Origin: Rhynchopus sp. YZ270_cl-10
Taxonomy: Eukaryota
NCBI GenBank assembly: GCA_964035575.1
Contig: OZ037838.1
Coordinates: forward strand, 1,116,001 to 1,180,000
Reading direction: 5' to 3'
Length of the DNA: 64,000 nucleotides
The position numbers were made by a program, and so were the translations under genes. Under the pieces are notes generated by a model, which was not told the origin of the DNA, searched no databases, and worked only from the letters and a program-made list of their open reading frames with translations. Position 1 is the first letter of the stretch. Each line of letters begins with the position of its first letter. This document shows positions 22,434 through 33,415 of this stretch, one piece after another.

Positions 22434-23534
22434 ATGGATGTGACCTTTGTGCTGGAAGAGTCAGGCGTGACTGCGACAGTGGAGGTGCCGTGCGAGGCGG
22501 ACGTTGCAGCGGCAAAGGAGGTTGCGTGCACGGCGCTTGCTGTCTCGCCTGCGTCTGTCGAGATGCGCATCGGCACGCAGGTGCTGGAGGGGACGTGCCG
22601 TCTGCAGGACACTGCGTTTGGTGCAGGGGTGCAGGTTGTGCTTGCCCGCCCTCGCTTTGCTGACATCAAGTGTCCTGCTGAGTACATTTTAGAAATACGC
22701 ACGACGTCGTTGACGCTGTCGCGTTGTGGAACGCTCTGCGTCTATTGTGGGGGTGAGAATATTGGCGGCTTCGACACAGAAACCTTCGAAACTTCCTTCG
22801 CGTTCACAATAGGCCGTTCTGTGTACGGTGCCCCTGCCATCTCGCAGTGCAAGACACGCTGCTACCTGCCGTGTATGTGGCACCTTCTCGAGGTTGCGCT
22901 TCCGGGTGGGGAGGTGCTCCGCAAAGTCGACGGCACCTCGCAGTCTGTGTTTGCGTGTGGTGGTGTTGTTGTCTCGAAGAGAAACGATGGTGTCTACGTA
23001 TATGACGAAGACCTGACGTTGCTCCGCTCTCTCTCGCATAATGGGTGCTGGCTCGTAGCAGTGTCGGACTGTGGTGGGTGGGTGATCACCTCCTCCACAA
23101 GGGAGGAGAAGGTACGTCTGTGGGATGTGAACACAGGTGAAGCTGTGGCATGTGTGCTTGTGGATGCGTGGTGTGTGGCACTTTCACGATCTGCCTCTGT
23201 CGTTGCAGTGGAGTGCTCTGGCAACGTGCAGCTCTATGACCGGAGTGGTGCGGCTCTTCGCAGTATTGATGTGGGTGGGGATGTCGACGACATGCAGTTC
23301 ACCCCGTGTGGGAAGTACCTTGTGGTCAGGGTAGAGGGTACGGATTCTGATGATGACACAGATGACGATTACAATACGCCCCTGCACCAATATGATGTGG
23401 CGACCACGTCCTGTGTGCGTGTGATACCAAATGTCCAACGGTTTGCGATATCGCCGTGTTCACGTGTGGTTGTGGTATTGGAAGAAGATGGCAACATTGT
23501 GACGAGACATCTTTACCCACACAACAGTGAGTGA
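22434..23534 (+). CDS. Ubl + beta-propeller protein, copy 7
   Basis: Intact paralogous ORF. Confidence 0.85.
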   Translation: MDVTFVLEESGVTATVEVPCEADVAAAKEVACTALAVSPASVEMRIGTQVLEGTCRLQDTAFGAGVQVVLARPRFADIKCPAEYILEIRTTSLTLSRCGTLCVYCGGENIGGFDTETFETSFAFTIGRSVYGAPAISQCKTRCYLPCMWHLLEVALPGGEVLRKVDGTSQSVFACGGVVVSKRNDGVYVYDEDLTLLRSLSHNGCWLVAVSDCGGWVITSSTREEKVRLWDVNTGEAVACVLVDAWCVALSRSASVVAVECSGNVQLYDRSGAALRSIDVGGDVDDMQFTPCGKYLVVRVEGTDSDDDTDDDYNTPLHQYDVATTSCVRVIPNVQRFAISPCSRVVVVLEEDGNIVTRHLYPHNSE

Positions 23535-23718
23535 TGTGTGACCAGGGGAGGGTGGTGATGAGTATACCCCAGGGTACCAACAAAAAAACCCAAGACCCTC
23601 AAAACACTCCCAAAAGCTCTCTTTTTAGCCTTGTTGCAGGAACACATATTCTCTCTTCTTGTCGTTGCGAAGTGACACCACCAACCATCACATCAAACAA
23701 AACAGACCCCTTAACAAT

Positions 23719-24885
23719 ATGATGGATGTGACCTTTGTGCTGGAAGAGTCAGGCGTGACTGCGACAGTGGAGGTGCCGTGCGAGGCGGACGCTGCAGCGG
23801 CAAAGGAGGTTGCGTGCACGGCGCTTGCTGTCTCGCCTGCGTCTGTCGAGATGCGCATCGGCACGCAGGTGCTGGAGGGGACGTGCCGTCTGCAGGACAC
23901 TGCGTTTGGTGCAGGGGTGCAGGTTGTGCTTGCTCGCCGCTTTGCTGACATCAAGTGTCCTGCTGAGTACGATGCCCGTGTGTGGGGAGCAGAATTGTCG
24001 CTGTCGCGTTGTGGAACGCTCTGCGTCTATACTCCGCACGGGCGTGGGGAGGTTGTTGGTTTAGACACGGAAACCTTCAGCCCTGCCTTCTCGTTCAAAG
24101 TGGACGATGCTGCGAAAGGGCGTCACCCTGCCGTCTCGCAGTGCAAGACACGCTGCTACTTGGCGTGTGTGGATCACCTTCTCGAGCTTGCGCTTCCGGA
24201 TGGGGAGGTGCTTCGCAAAGTCGACGGCACCTCGTACTCAGTGTTCGTCTGTGGTGGTGTTGTTGTCTCCCGAGGCACAGACGGCGTCTCTGTGTATGAC
24301 GAAGACCTGACGTTGCTCCGCTCTCTCTCACACAAGGTGTGTAGACACACGGCAGTGTCTGACTGTGGTGGGTGGGTGATGACCTCCTCCGTCAAGGAGA
24401 ACAACGCACGTCTGTGGGATGTGAACACAGGTGAAGCTGTGGCATGTGTGCCTGCGGATGGGGGCACGATGTCGCTTTCACGGTCTGCCTCTGTCTTTGC
24501 TGTGGGGCAGAGGAGCACCGTGCAGCTCTATGACTGGAGTGGTGCGGCTCTTCGCAGTGTTGATGTGGGTGAGTCTAACGAGAGCATGCAGTTGGTTGGG
24601 GGTCTCTGGGGCATGCAGTTCACACCATGTGGGAAGTACCTTGTGGTGGGGATTTATGTTCTTGAATATGACGAAGATGACATTTCTCACCCTAACTGGA
24701 GATTAGGTCCTCCGGCATCTACAACGTACCTGCACCAGTATGATGTGGCGACCATGTCCTGTGTGCGTGTGATACCAGAAAACTACAGTGTGTCCTTTGC
24801 GATATCGCCGTGTTCACGCGTTGTTGTGGTTGGGCAATCAAATGGCATTGTGACGAGACATCTGTACCCACACAACAGTGAGTGA
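23719..24885 (+). CDS. Ubl + beta-propeller protein, copy 8
   Basis: Intact paralogous ORF. Confidence 0.85.
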   Translation: MMDVTFVLEESGVTATVEVPCEADAAAAKEVACTALAVSPASVEMRIGTQVLEGTCRLQDTAFGAGVQVVLARRFADIKCPAEYDARVWGAELSLSRCGTLCVYTPHGRGEVVGLDTETFSPAFSFKVDDAAKGRHPAVSQCKTRCYLACVDHLLELALPDGEVLRKVDGTSYSVFVCGGVVVSRGTDGVSVYDEDLTLLRSLSHKVCRHTAVSDCGGWVMTSSVKENNARLWDVNTGEAVACVPADGGTMSLSRSASVFAVGQRSTVQLYDWSGAALRSVDVGESNESMQLVGGLWGMQFTPCGKYLVVGIYVLEYDEDDISHPNWRLGPPASTTYLHQYDVATMSCVRVIPENYSVSFAISPCSRVVVVGQSNGIVTRHLYPHNSE

Positions 24886-25103
24886 TGTGTGACCAGGGGA
24901 GGGTGGTGATAAATATAACCCAGAGTACCAGCAAAACAACCCAAGACCCTCAAAACACCCCCAAGAGACTCCCCTTTTAGCCCTGTGTTGCTGCTTTTCT
25001 CTTTGCCTCACAGGTAGCCCACCTCACACGCGAATCCGCAAACCCGCAAACGCGTATGACGTGGGTAGCGTAGCAACTAAACAAAAGAAAGGGGTTTTTA
25101 TTA

Positions 25104-25504
25104 CAGTCATCCAACAAAGGTTGGTGGGGTAAAAACCCACCAAATTTTTTCGAGACCCCAAACCCACCAACGTTTTTACCCCACCAACCTTTTTACCCAC
25201 CAACCTTAGTGGTTTCTAACCTGTGTTTACCATGTACCCGCAAACCCAAAAGTGCAACCTTGACGGTGTAAACCTGCGGCAGGTTCTGTATATGGGGTCA
25301 TCTTTTTTTACTTTTGCGGTATTATTTTTTCAATCTGGACCGGGTTTGTGGGTGGAAGTGGGGGAGGGGAGGAGGGGCACAGGGGCATAGGGGTCCACGT
25401 AAAGGAAACTCAAAAATGCAGTTCTAATCCAAAAAACCCACCAAATTTTTTCGAGACCCCAAATCCACCAACGTTTTTACCCACCAACGTTTGTTGGATG
25501 ACGG
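25104..25504. mobile_element. TA-flanked MITE
   Basis: ~32-bp imperfect TIR cagtcatccaacaaaggttggtgggg / cccaccaacgtttgttggatgacgg; internal direct repeat. Confidence 0.85.
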
Positions 25505-25506
25505 TA

Positions 25507-26337
25507 CAGACCTATTCACATAAATTGTAATTTGTAATTTATAGGCCTTTTTGAAAAAGGGCATTTTTATTTTAAATAACAGTTTTTATATTACAATTTT
25601 CAAAAATAGTAATTTTATCGCCCCCCGCCCCCCCTTTTTTTTTTATTTTTTAAATTACAATTTTCACGATTTGTAATTCGCAAACCCGTAAAGCTAGTAG
25701 GCGTGTTGAACGTATTGGCACGTGAGCCTACAACGCCTTCCCTGTTGCTGCCGCGTACTGCGGTTTCTTGTTGGTCCACTCAGCGGGGTTACATCCCTGT
25801 ATCTTAGACGCGAGGGGATATGCAGACAGCACATATCGGAATCAATACAGAGATTGTGTGAAGAGACTTCTTCTTTCGCTTCTGTTGCAACGTCAGGTTG
25901 CACAATATCAGGACGGCAATGATCGTGAAACTTCATAATATTATGAAGTAATACTTTCCCCTCCCAATCAACTATGTCGATTGTTGAGTCACATTTGAAC
26001 GGCTTATGATGCGGTCGTGCTTTGAAGCTTTTGTGCGAGACGAGATCTGGGCTTTGGAGGTTTTGGTGGGCCTGAACGAAGGTGATCTCCGGGATGCAGA
26101 TGGAATTTTGGGAGTTTGTGCAATCAACGATAAAACCTTTTTTTCCCTTTTACTTACCTATCCGAGTTACTATTTTTATATTACAATTTTGCCACTTTGT
26201 TATTTTATGGGTGTTTTTGGGTTTATTTTAAATTACAAATTTATTTAATTGTAATTCAAAATAGTAATTTTTGCACTTTTTTCGGGGTGAAAATTTATTT
26301 TTTATTTTTATTTTTACTATTTTTGTGAATAGGTCTG
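25507..26337. mobile_element. TA-flanked non-autonomous TIR element
   Basis: TIR cagacctattcac / gtgaataggtctg; AT-rich subterminal ttacaat motifs. Confidence 0.85.
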
Positions 26338-26814
26338 TATTTGTTTTATTCTGTGTCTGCATCCTGAGGTGTTGACACCCAAATCTTAGCATATTTGTTT
26401 ATTGTTTCTGTTTACTTCGCACTGCTTGCTAGTCCTTATTTTTGTTTAGCTCTGACGAGTCAGTGCACCCAACACTTCTTGGCCTGTTTGGACTACACGG
26501 TGCTGTGTCCCTGATGGTGCCTTCTCTGATCAACTCCAGGCACCTTAGACTTCTTGTGTTGAAGAATGGTGATTGGAAAAAGGTTGATCTGCCTTTTGTG
26601 TTTTCCTTCCATTGCATTTCCGTTGGCACAACAAACCCTCCACACAACAGCACACAGTATTGCGGTGTGTTGCTCTAGTGCGTTGCATCAGTATTTGCGT
26701 TGCACCTCGACCTCCACTCAGACGTAACGCAAACATCACAAAACACACAAAACAAAATAACCCACACCTCATCTCCTCCCAACAGAGGTGGAACAAGAGG
26801 AAGAAGACAAAACA

Positions 26815-28410
26815 ATGATGGATGTTGGTGCTTCCCGGGGGGTATGCATTTCACAAATTTTCAATTCAATTCACAACTTTTCACAACTTTTCACCACCCT
26901 TTTTTTCTTCGTTGGTGAAGCCTTTAAATGCCGGCATTTGCATTTCCGGAATCCGTCCGGCCAGTGGTGGGGTCAATTTGCCGAAATGGACAAGTTCTCG
27001 TCATTTCCGCACAGTGCACAGTACACAGGTACACAGGTACACCACATCACGTTCTATCTTGTGAATCCCAGCATGCCCCTCAATGGGTGGGTCACCACCC
27101 AACCCAAAAAAAACCCCCCCCCCAAAAAAAAAATCAATTCACAACTTTTCACAACTTTTCACAATTTTTCACAATTTTTCACCATTTTTCACCAGCCTTC
27201 ACAATTTTATAGCGGTTTTCGTGTTGTGAAAACTTGTGAAAACTTGTCACATTTTGTGAAAATTTGTGAAATGCATACCCCCGGGGAAGCACCAGATGTG
27301 ACCTTTGTGCTGGAAGAGTCAGGCGTGACTGCGACAGTGGAGGTGCCGTGCGAGGCGGACGTTGCAGCGGCAAAGGAGGTTGCGTGCACGGCGCTTGCTG
27401 TCTCGCCTGCGTCTGTCGAGATGCGCATCGGCACGCAGGTGCTGGAGGGGACGTGCCGTCTGCAGGACACTGCGTTTGATGCAGGTGTGCAGGTTGTGCT
27501 TGCCCGCCGCTTTGCTGACATCAAGTGTCCTGCTGAGTACAGGGTAGAGAGAGATCTTGCACATGGGAATGTGCAGGGCTGGTCAGCGGGTAACTTTCGA
27601 TACTTCTCGTTGTCTCCTTGTGGAGTGCTGTGCCTCTACTGCAGCCCATCATGTATTCGTGGTTTCGACACAGAAACCTTCGACACTGCCTTCCAAATCA
27701 CAGTGAGCGAGAGCTGCAGAAGCGCACCTGCTATCTCGCAGTGCGAGACATGCTGCTACCTGGCGTGTTGGAGGGAAGGCCTTCTCGAGGTTGCGCTTCC
27801 GGGTGGGGAGGTGCTCCGCAAAGTCGACGACATCTCGAGAGCAGTGTTTGCGTGTGGCAGTGTTGTTATCTCCGTGGGTGACGACGGCGTCTCTGTGTAT
27901 GACGAAAACCTGACGTTGCTCCGCTCTCTCTCACACGAGGATTGCGAGGAAGTCGCAGTGTCGGACTGTGGTGGGTGGGTGATCACCTCCTCCGCCGCAG
28001 AGAACAACGCACGTCTGTGGGATGTGAACACAGGTGAAGCTGTGGCATGTGTGCCGATCGAGGGGGATCACCACGAAGTGGCGCTTTCACGGTTTGCCTC
28101 TGTCTTTGCTGTGGTGGGGGAGGGAAACACCATGCACCTCTATGATTGGAGTGGTGCGGCTCTTCGCAGTGTTGATGTGGATGGGGATACCGGGCTCATG
28201 CAGTTCACCCCGTGTGGGAAGTACCTTGTGGTCAAGGTTGACCGGGAGCAGCTGCACCAGTATGATGTGGCGACGATGTCCTGTGTGCGTGTGATCCCGG
28301 ACATCTCCGGTGTGTCGTTTGCAATATCGCCGTGTTCGCGTGTGGTTGTGTTTCGGTCCGCTTCTGGTGGCATTTTGACTAGACATCTGTACCCCCACAA
28401 CAGTGAGTGA
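26815..28410 (+). CDS. Ubl + beta-propeller protein, copy 9, carrying an in-frame MITE at codon 4
   Basis: ORF stays open across a 474-nt addition (469-nt element plus 5-nt TSD). Confidence 0.7.
   Translation: MMDVGASRGVCISQIFNSIHNFSQLFTTLFFFVGEAFKCRHLHFRNPSGQWWGQFAEMDKFSSFPHSAQYTGTQVHHITFYLVNPSMPLNGWVTTQPKKNPPPKKKINSQLFTTFHNFSQFFTIFHQPSQFYSGFRVVKTCENLSHFVKICEMHTPGEAPDVTFVLEESGVTATVEVPCEADVAAAKEVACTALAVSPASVEMRIGTQVLEGTCRLQDTAFDAGVQVVLARRFADIKCPAEYRVERDLAHGNVQGWSAGNFRYFSLSPCGVLCLYCSPSCIRGFDTETFDTAFQITVSESCRSAPAISQCETCCYLACWREGLLEVALPGGEVLRKVDDISRAVFACGSVVISVGDDGVSVYDENLTLLRSLSHEDCEEVAVSDCGGWVITSSAAENNARLWDVNTGEAVACVPIEGDHHEVALSRFASVFAVVGEGNTMHLYDWSGAALRSVDVDGDTGLMQFTPCGKYLVVKVDREQLHQYDVATMSCVRVIPDISGVSFAISPCSRVVVFRSASGGILTRHLYPHNSE
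26826..27294. mobile_element. MITE with 5-bp TSD, inserted in copy 9
   Basis: ~38-bp TIR tggtgcttccc.gggggtatgcatttcacaaattttca; GATGT at 26821-26825 and 27295-27299; ttcacaa subrepeats. Confidence 0.95.
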
Positions 28411-29225
28411 GTGGTAAAGGTGTGGCCTATAAGGTCTTATTTGGGGTTTTGTTCGAATCCTATCAAAGTAGCTATTTGGTGGGTGATTTATTCGGCAGAA
28501 AAGTGGTACATCGTGTCCTCGTGGCCTCCACGTTCTACTTGCGCTGAAGGGGAAAGGATTAGATGATGAATGAACGTTTTCGTTTTTTACTTTTAGTAAA
28601 CATATAGTATTTGACAAAATGCTCGAGACCCTCGTGAAAAGTCGCGCGTCTGCGTATCCCGCTCCCCGCTTGTTTTGTGTGGAAGCGAACAACAAACGAC
28701 CTTTATTTTTTACCCCCATCGTTTATAGTCTTTTGAGCAACAAGCAAAGAGGAACGAGTCTCTCGAGCATTTTTTTTTTGGAAAACAGCTCGGGGAGTGG
28801 ATGTGAACAAGGTGGACACACTGAAAGGCACCACAATCAACACTCAATTCTGTATCAATGAGATCCTTATCCCATTCTTCCACTTTTTCTTCTTGTACGA
28901 GTATGCAATGAAAGACGCGTTCTTCGGTCATCTCCCCTCCCCGGATGGATGCGATCAACACACAACAAACAATGAATAAAGAAGGGGGGTATTTCCTTAT
29001 TGCATCCATCAGTATTTGCGTTGCACCCTCGACTTACTAGCCTGTGAGGGAATTCATTTTCAGATATTTTGAGGATAACGACCAAACCACCCTTTACCTC
29101 TTTTTTTTCACTTTCGCCTTGTGCCATCCCTCTTCTGTTGGTGGAAACTACAGACACACACAAAACAATACAACCCACACCACATCTCCTTCCCAACAGA
29201 GGTGGAACAAGAAGAAGACAAAACA

Positions 29226-30398
29226 ATGATGGATGTGACCTTTGTGCTGGAAGAGTCAGGCGTGACTGCGACAGTGGAGGTGCCGTGCGAGGCGGACGTT
29301 GCAGCGGCAAAGGAGGTTGCTTGCACGGCGCTTGCTGTCTCGCCTGCGTCTGTCGAGATGCGCATCGGCACGCAGGTGCTGGAGGGGACGTGCCGTCTGC
29401 AGGACACTGCGTTTGGTGCAGGGGTGCAGGTTGTGCTTGCCCGCCGCTTTGCTGACATCAAGTGTCCTGCTGAGTACGATCCCCATGTGTGGGGAGCAGA
29501 ATTGTCGCTGTCGCGTTGTGGAACGCTCTGCGTCTATACTCCGCACGGGCGTGGGGAGGTTGTTGGTTTAGACACAGAGACCTTCGACACAGTCTTCTCG
29601 TTCAAAGTGTACGATGCTGCGAAAGGGGGCCAAGGCGCACCTACCGTCTCGCAGTGCAAGACACGCTGCTACCTGGCGTGTGTGGATCACCTTCTCGAGG
29701 TTGCGCTTCCGGATGGGGCGGTGCTTCGCAAAGTCTACGGCACCTCGCACTCAGTGTTCGTCTGTGGTGGTGTTGTTGTCTCCCGAGGCACAGACGGCGT
29801 CTCTGTGTATGACGAAGACCTGACGTTGCTCCGCTCTATCTCACACAAAGGGTGCAGCACAGCGGCAGTATCGGACTGTGGTGGGTGGGTGATCACCTCC
29901 TTCGAAGAGAACAACGCACGTCTGTGGGATGTGAACACAGGTGAAGCTGTGGCATGTGTGCCTGCGGATGGGGGCACGATGTCGCTTTCACGGTCTGCCT
30001 CTGTCTTTGCTGTGGGGCAGAGGAGCACCGTGCAGCTCTATGACTGGAGTGGTGCGGCTCTTCGCAGTGTTGATGTGGGTGAGTCTAACGAGAGCATGCA
30101 GTTGGTTGGGGGTCTCTGGGGCATGCAGTTCACACCATGTGGGAAGTACCTTGTAGTGGGGATTTATGTTCTTGAATATGACGAAGATGACATTTCTCAC
30201 CCTAACTGGAGATTAGGTCCTCCGGCATCTACAACGTACCTGCATCAGTATGATGTGGCGACGATGTCCTGTGTGCGTGTGATACCAGAAAACTACAGTG
30301 TGTCCTTTGCGATATCGCCGTGTTCACGCGTTGTTGTGGTTGGGCAATCAAATGGCGTCATTGTGACGAGACATCTGTACCCACACAACAGTGAGTGA
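29226..30398 (+). CDS. Ubl + beta-propeller protein, copy 10
   Basis: Intact; 3' half nearly identical to copy 8. Confidence 0.85.
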   Translation: MMDVTFVLEESGVTATVEVPCEADVAAAKEVACTALAVSPASVEMRIGTQVLEGTCRLQDTAFGAGVQVVLARRFADIKCPAEYDPHVWGAELSLSRCGTLCVYTPHGRGEVVGLDTETFDTVFSFKVYDAAKGGQGAPTVSQCKTRCYLACVDHLLEVALPDGAVLRKVYGTSHSVFVCGGVVVSRGTDGVSVYDEDLTLLRSISHKGCSTAAVSDCGGWVITSFEENNARLWDVNTGEAVACVPADGGTMSLSRSASVFAVGQRSTVQLYDWSGAALRSVDVGESNESMQLVGGLWGMQFTPCGKYLVVGIYVLEYDEDDISHPNWRLGPPASTTYLHQYDVATMSCVRVIPENYSVSFAISPCSRVVVVGQSNGVIVTRHLYPHNSE

Positions 30399-30898
30399 TG
30401 TGTGACCAGGGGAGGGAGGGTGGTGATAAATATAACCCAGGGTACCAGCAAAACAACCCAAGACCCTCAAAACACCCCCAAGAGACTCCCCTTTTAGCCC
30501 TGTGTTGCTGCTTTTCTCTTTGCCTGCCACAGGTCGCCCACCTCACACGCTGCCCATGCGGCGCTCTCGTGTTGGTGACAGATTGCGATGCTGAGCATCA
30601 TTTTCCTTTCGTCACCTCACAAGGAGACGCTCTTTCTGACACTAAACAGAAACAGACGGGGTACAAATTTCCTGCTTTCTGCGGTCTGCTCCACCGGGAT
30701 TCAGCCCTTTGACTTCATCAGCCAATTGCGGGGCATGGGTTTGAGTGCTGGTCATAAACATGATAAGGTGAATAGTATTTCAATACGTACAAAGAAAAAC
30801 CAGCGATAATTTTTTTTGGGGTATCTATATGTTGTCGTCCCTGCCCTCTGCGCGCCACTCCTCACTCCAATCCAAAATCAAGGTGACACACACAAACC

Positions 30899-32216
30899 AT
30901 GCAATCAGATCTTTCCGAAGGCCGCACAGCAGGACGTGCACCACCTTCAGGCCGCCTTCGTGTTGGTCAGATCGTCGCCTCTGGCAACGGCAAGTCTTCG
31001 ATCCCATCACGCTTCGAAACAATTCTTTTCAAAGGTAACCGCGAGGCAAACGCCTTTGGCAGACGCACACACCGTTTCAATGAACAGGACGACGATCTCC
31101 CTGGCCCTGGATCATACAAGAAAACCCGCACTTTAGTGAAACACACCCCCTCTCTAAGCAAGAAAGGCACCGGAGCGTTTGCGTCAAGCTCAAAGATCGC
31201 GGCCGACCAACCAAGAGCGCTGTTCCTTACACCAGGCCCCGGCAGTTATAAGGAGGGTGAAGGAGGGGCTGCCGAGGTGACTACCACTATCTCCGCAGGA
31301 CACCCTGCAGTGCCGTCTGCAAGCTTTGCGAAGGCAGTTCCTCGGCGGGCTGTTGGGGTGAAGGCATCGGGCACGGTGGTGCTTCCTGGTCCAGGTGAGT
31401 ATGAGATTGACACACCTCAGGCAACGCAGAATGCTTCTGCGGTCTTCGGGTCAAAGACCCAGCGAATTGAAAGCCATGCAAACAGTGTGCCCGGTCCAGG
31501 GGAGTATTTAACTGATGTCCCGCATGCGCCAGGGAGGCATTCGCTTCCGAGCGCAGTGTTTAGGACGGCATCGAAGCGAGAAACAAAGCGTGACCCGCAG
31601 CTAGGGGAGCTTGCAAAGACGTTGCCGCAGCCTCCACATAAGGGTCCGCAGGGTTTTGCGGGGACGGGGAGGGAGAGGGAAGGGGGTTCGCCGAAGATGG
31701 CTTCGCGTGATTTGGGTGGTGTGGTGGGTGGTGGTGGTGGTGCGAGCTACGAAGAGGCGGAGGACAGAGGAGGGGCAGACGCCAAGAAAGCGCCGAAGCC
31801 CTCCTCGATGTTCGCGACCACGCTCCTCGACAGGTTCGGCCGTCCGGTAGTGAAGTACGCACCTGAGTCGGCAGACCCCCCCGGCCCCGGGCAATATGAC
31901 ATTGAAGCGCAGCAGCGTCGTCTTCTCATCTCCAGCTCCTGGGCGATGAGTGGGACTGAGCGATTCCAGCCCCCCATCACCACAGCAGCAAAGCCGCCGG
32001 GTATGTCACTATGTAAGGATACCCTTTTTTTTAGGGGGTGATCCAGGGGTAGTATTCTGGCACAAAAAAAAAAACATTCGCTGATCAAACTTTTTCCAAT
32101 TTTTCATTGCTATTAAAATACAACACCACCGCACAGGCCCTGCGTTCTACACACCTGTCCAGATCGACAAAACAAAGACGACCTTCCATATGAACGCAAA
32201 ACGAACCTGGGTGTGA
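30899..32216 (+). CDS. STPG1: Sperm-tail PG-rich (SHIPPO-1) repeat protein, STPG1/MAPO2-like; exons 30899-32000 and 32137-32216
   Basis: Repeated PGPGxY motifs; N-terminal SSIPSRFET; GTATGT...CACAG intron 32001-32136 restores PGPAFY...FHMNAKRTWV-stop. Confidence 0.7.
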
Positions 32217-32631
32217 GCACTGCAGGCACCCCACCCAAACCCCGCCCCCCACACCACACACCCCAACTCTCTGGGGGAGTGGGGCAAGGACGGCAAAAAC
32301 ACCACTCGGTTTTGCTCCCTTCCCCCTCCCTTCTTCTCTCGACCAGGCCTACTGTGAGCCATGCAATGGGCCCTAGGCCCTTCACACAACCCACACCCCT
32401 CCCGATAAATGCCCAACACAATACCCACACCCTCCGCCCTCGCTGCAAGCGTCTGTTTCTACAGGGTGCTTTCTGCAAAACAGAAAAAAGAGAAAAGGAA
32501 GTGACTTCTTTTGTCATTGTTTTCAAACCTTTCCCCTTTCGTGATCAACAGAACTTTTTCAAATCCTGACGGGGCCGATATTATTTTTCAAAAAAGACAA
32601 AAAACAAAACAGTTCCCCGCATTCCCCCCCA

Positions 32632-33096
32632 ATGATTGGCTGGCTTGATAGCATCTCAAACGAAACGCTTGTTTCACGTTATGTTTTGAACCAAGCAAAG
32701 CGTGTAGGACCTGCAGAGCAGTGGGTACCTGATAGCTATACCAAGGATTTATCGTTGAGCGACAAATGGCGGCGGAGGGAAGAGCAGGGGACGCGCGCGA
32801 CGGACATGGCGTCTCTGATGGCACAGCTCGCTACGATGGAAGAGGAGACACGTGCGCATGACGCAGACAAGCGTCTCCGCAAGAAGCTTCCCCTGCTCTT
32901 CGGCGCAACACCACTCCTCACGGACGGTCTCCCCAACAGCGAGGACTGGCTTGCAAGTGCACTCCCTCAGGCTCTCCTCGACCAACGAGACGAACTGTAC
33001 GCAGCAGCAGGGAAAGGGGAGGAGGAGGAGGAGGAGAAGGAGGAGGAGTGCACAGAGGAGACAAACGTAGAGGAGAAAGGGGAGAAAGCTAGCTAG
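32632..33096 (+). CDS. Hypothetical protein, 154 aa, acidic C-terminus
   Basis: GC-rich ORF with ATG start between AT-rich flanks; helical, Glu-rich composition. Confidence 0.55.
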   Translation: MIGWLDSISNETLVSRYVLNQAKRVGPAEQWVPDSYTKDLSLSDKWRRREEQGTRATDMASLMAQLATMEEETRAHDADKRLRKKLPLLFGATPLLTDGLPNSEDWLASALPQALLDQRDELYAAAGKGEEEEEEKEEECTEETNVEEKGEKAS

Positions 33097-33415
33097 AAGG
33101 GGGGGTGGAGCGGGAGAAATTGTTTTGCCAAAAAAAAAATAAGTTTCATTAGCCTTCGGGCGTGTATAGAACCCGTCCTCCGGCGGGTGATTGTCGAAAC
33201 TACAAAAAAAAGCTTCCCTAACCCCACGAAGGGTGCGGCGATTGTTGAAAATATTGAATGCCAAAAAAGGTGTGGAGAAAGTGCGCTTTGCCAAGTGGCT
33301 TTCTGGGTTGGGTGGTTTTTTATTCATGTTTCGGAAAAAAAAGAGGTGGGTTTTTTTGTTTTGTGTATCATCACTGTATGTCCCAACCCATCCTGCACCC
33401 GCCACGTTGCAGGCA

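Noticed and set aside
3131..30398. Diversity-generating retroelement as the source of propeller variation
   Set aside because: No template/variable repeat pair with adenine-specific changes was seen; variation includes indels and all bases; the only RT-like sequence is decayed
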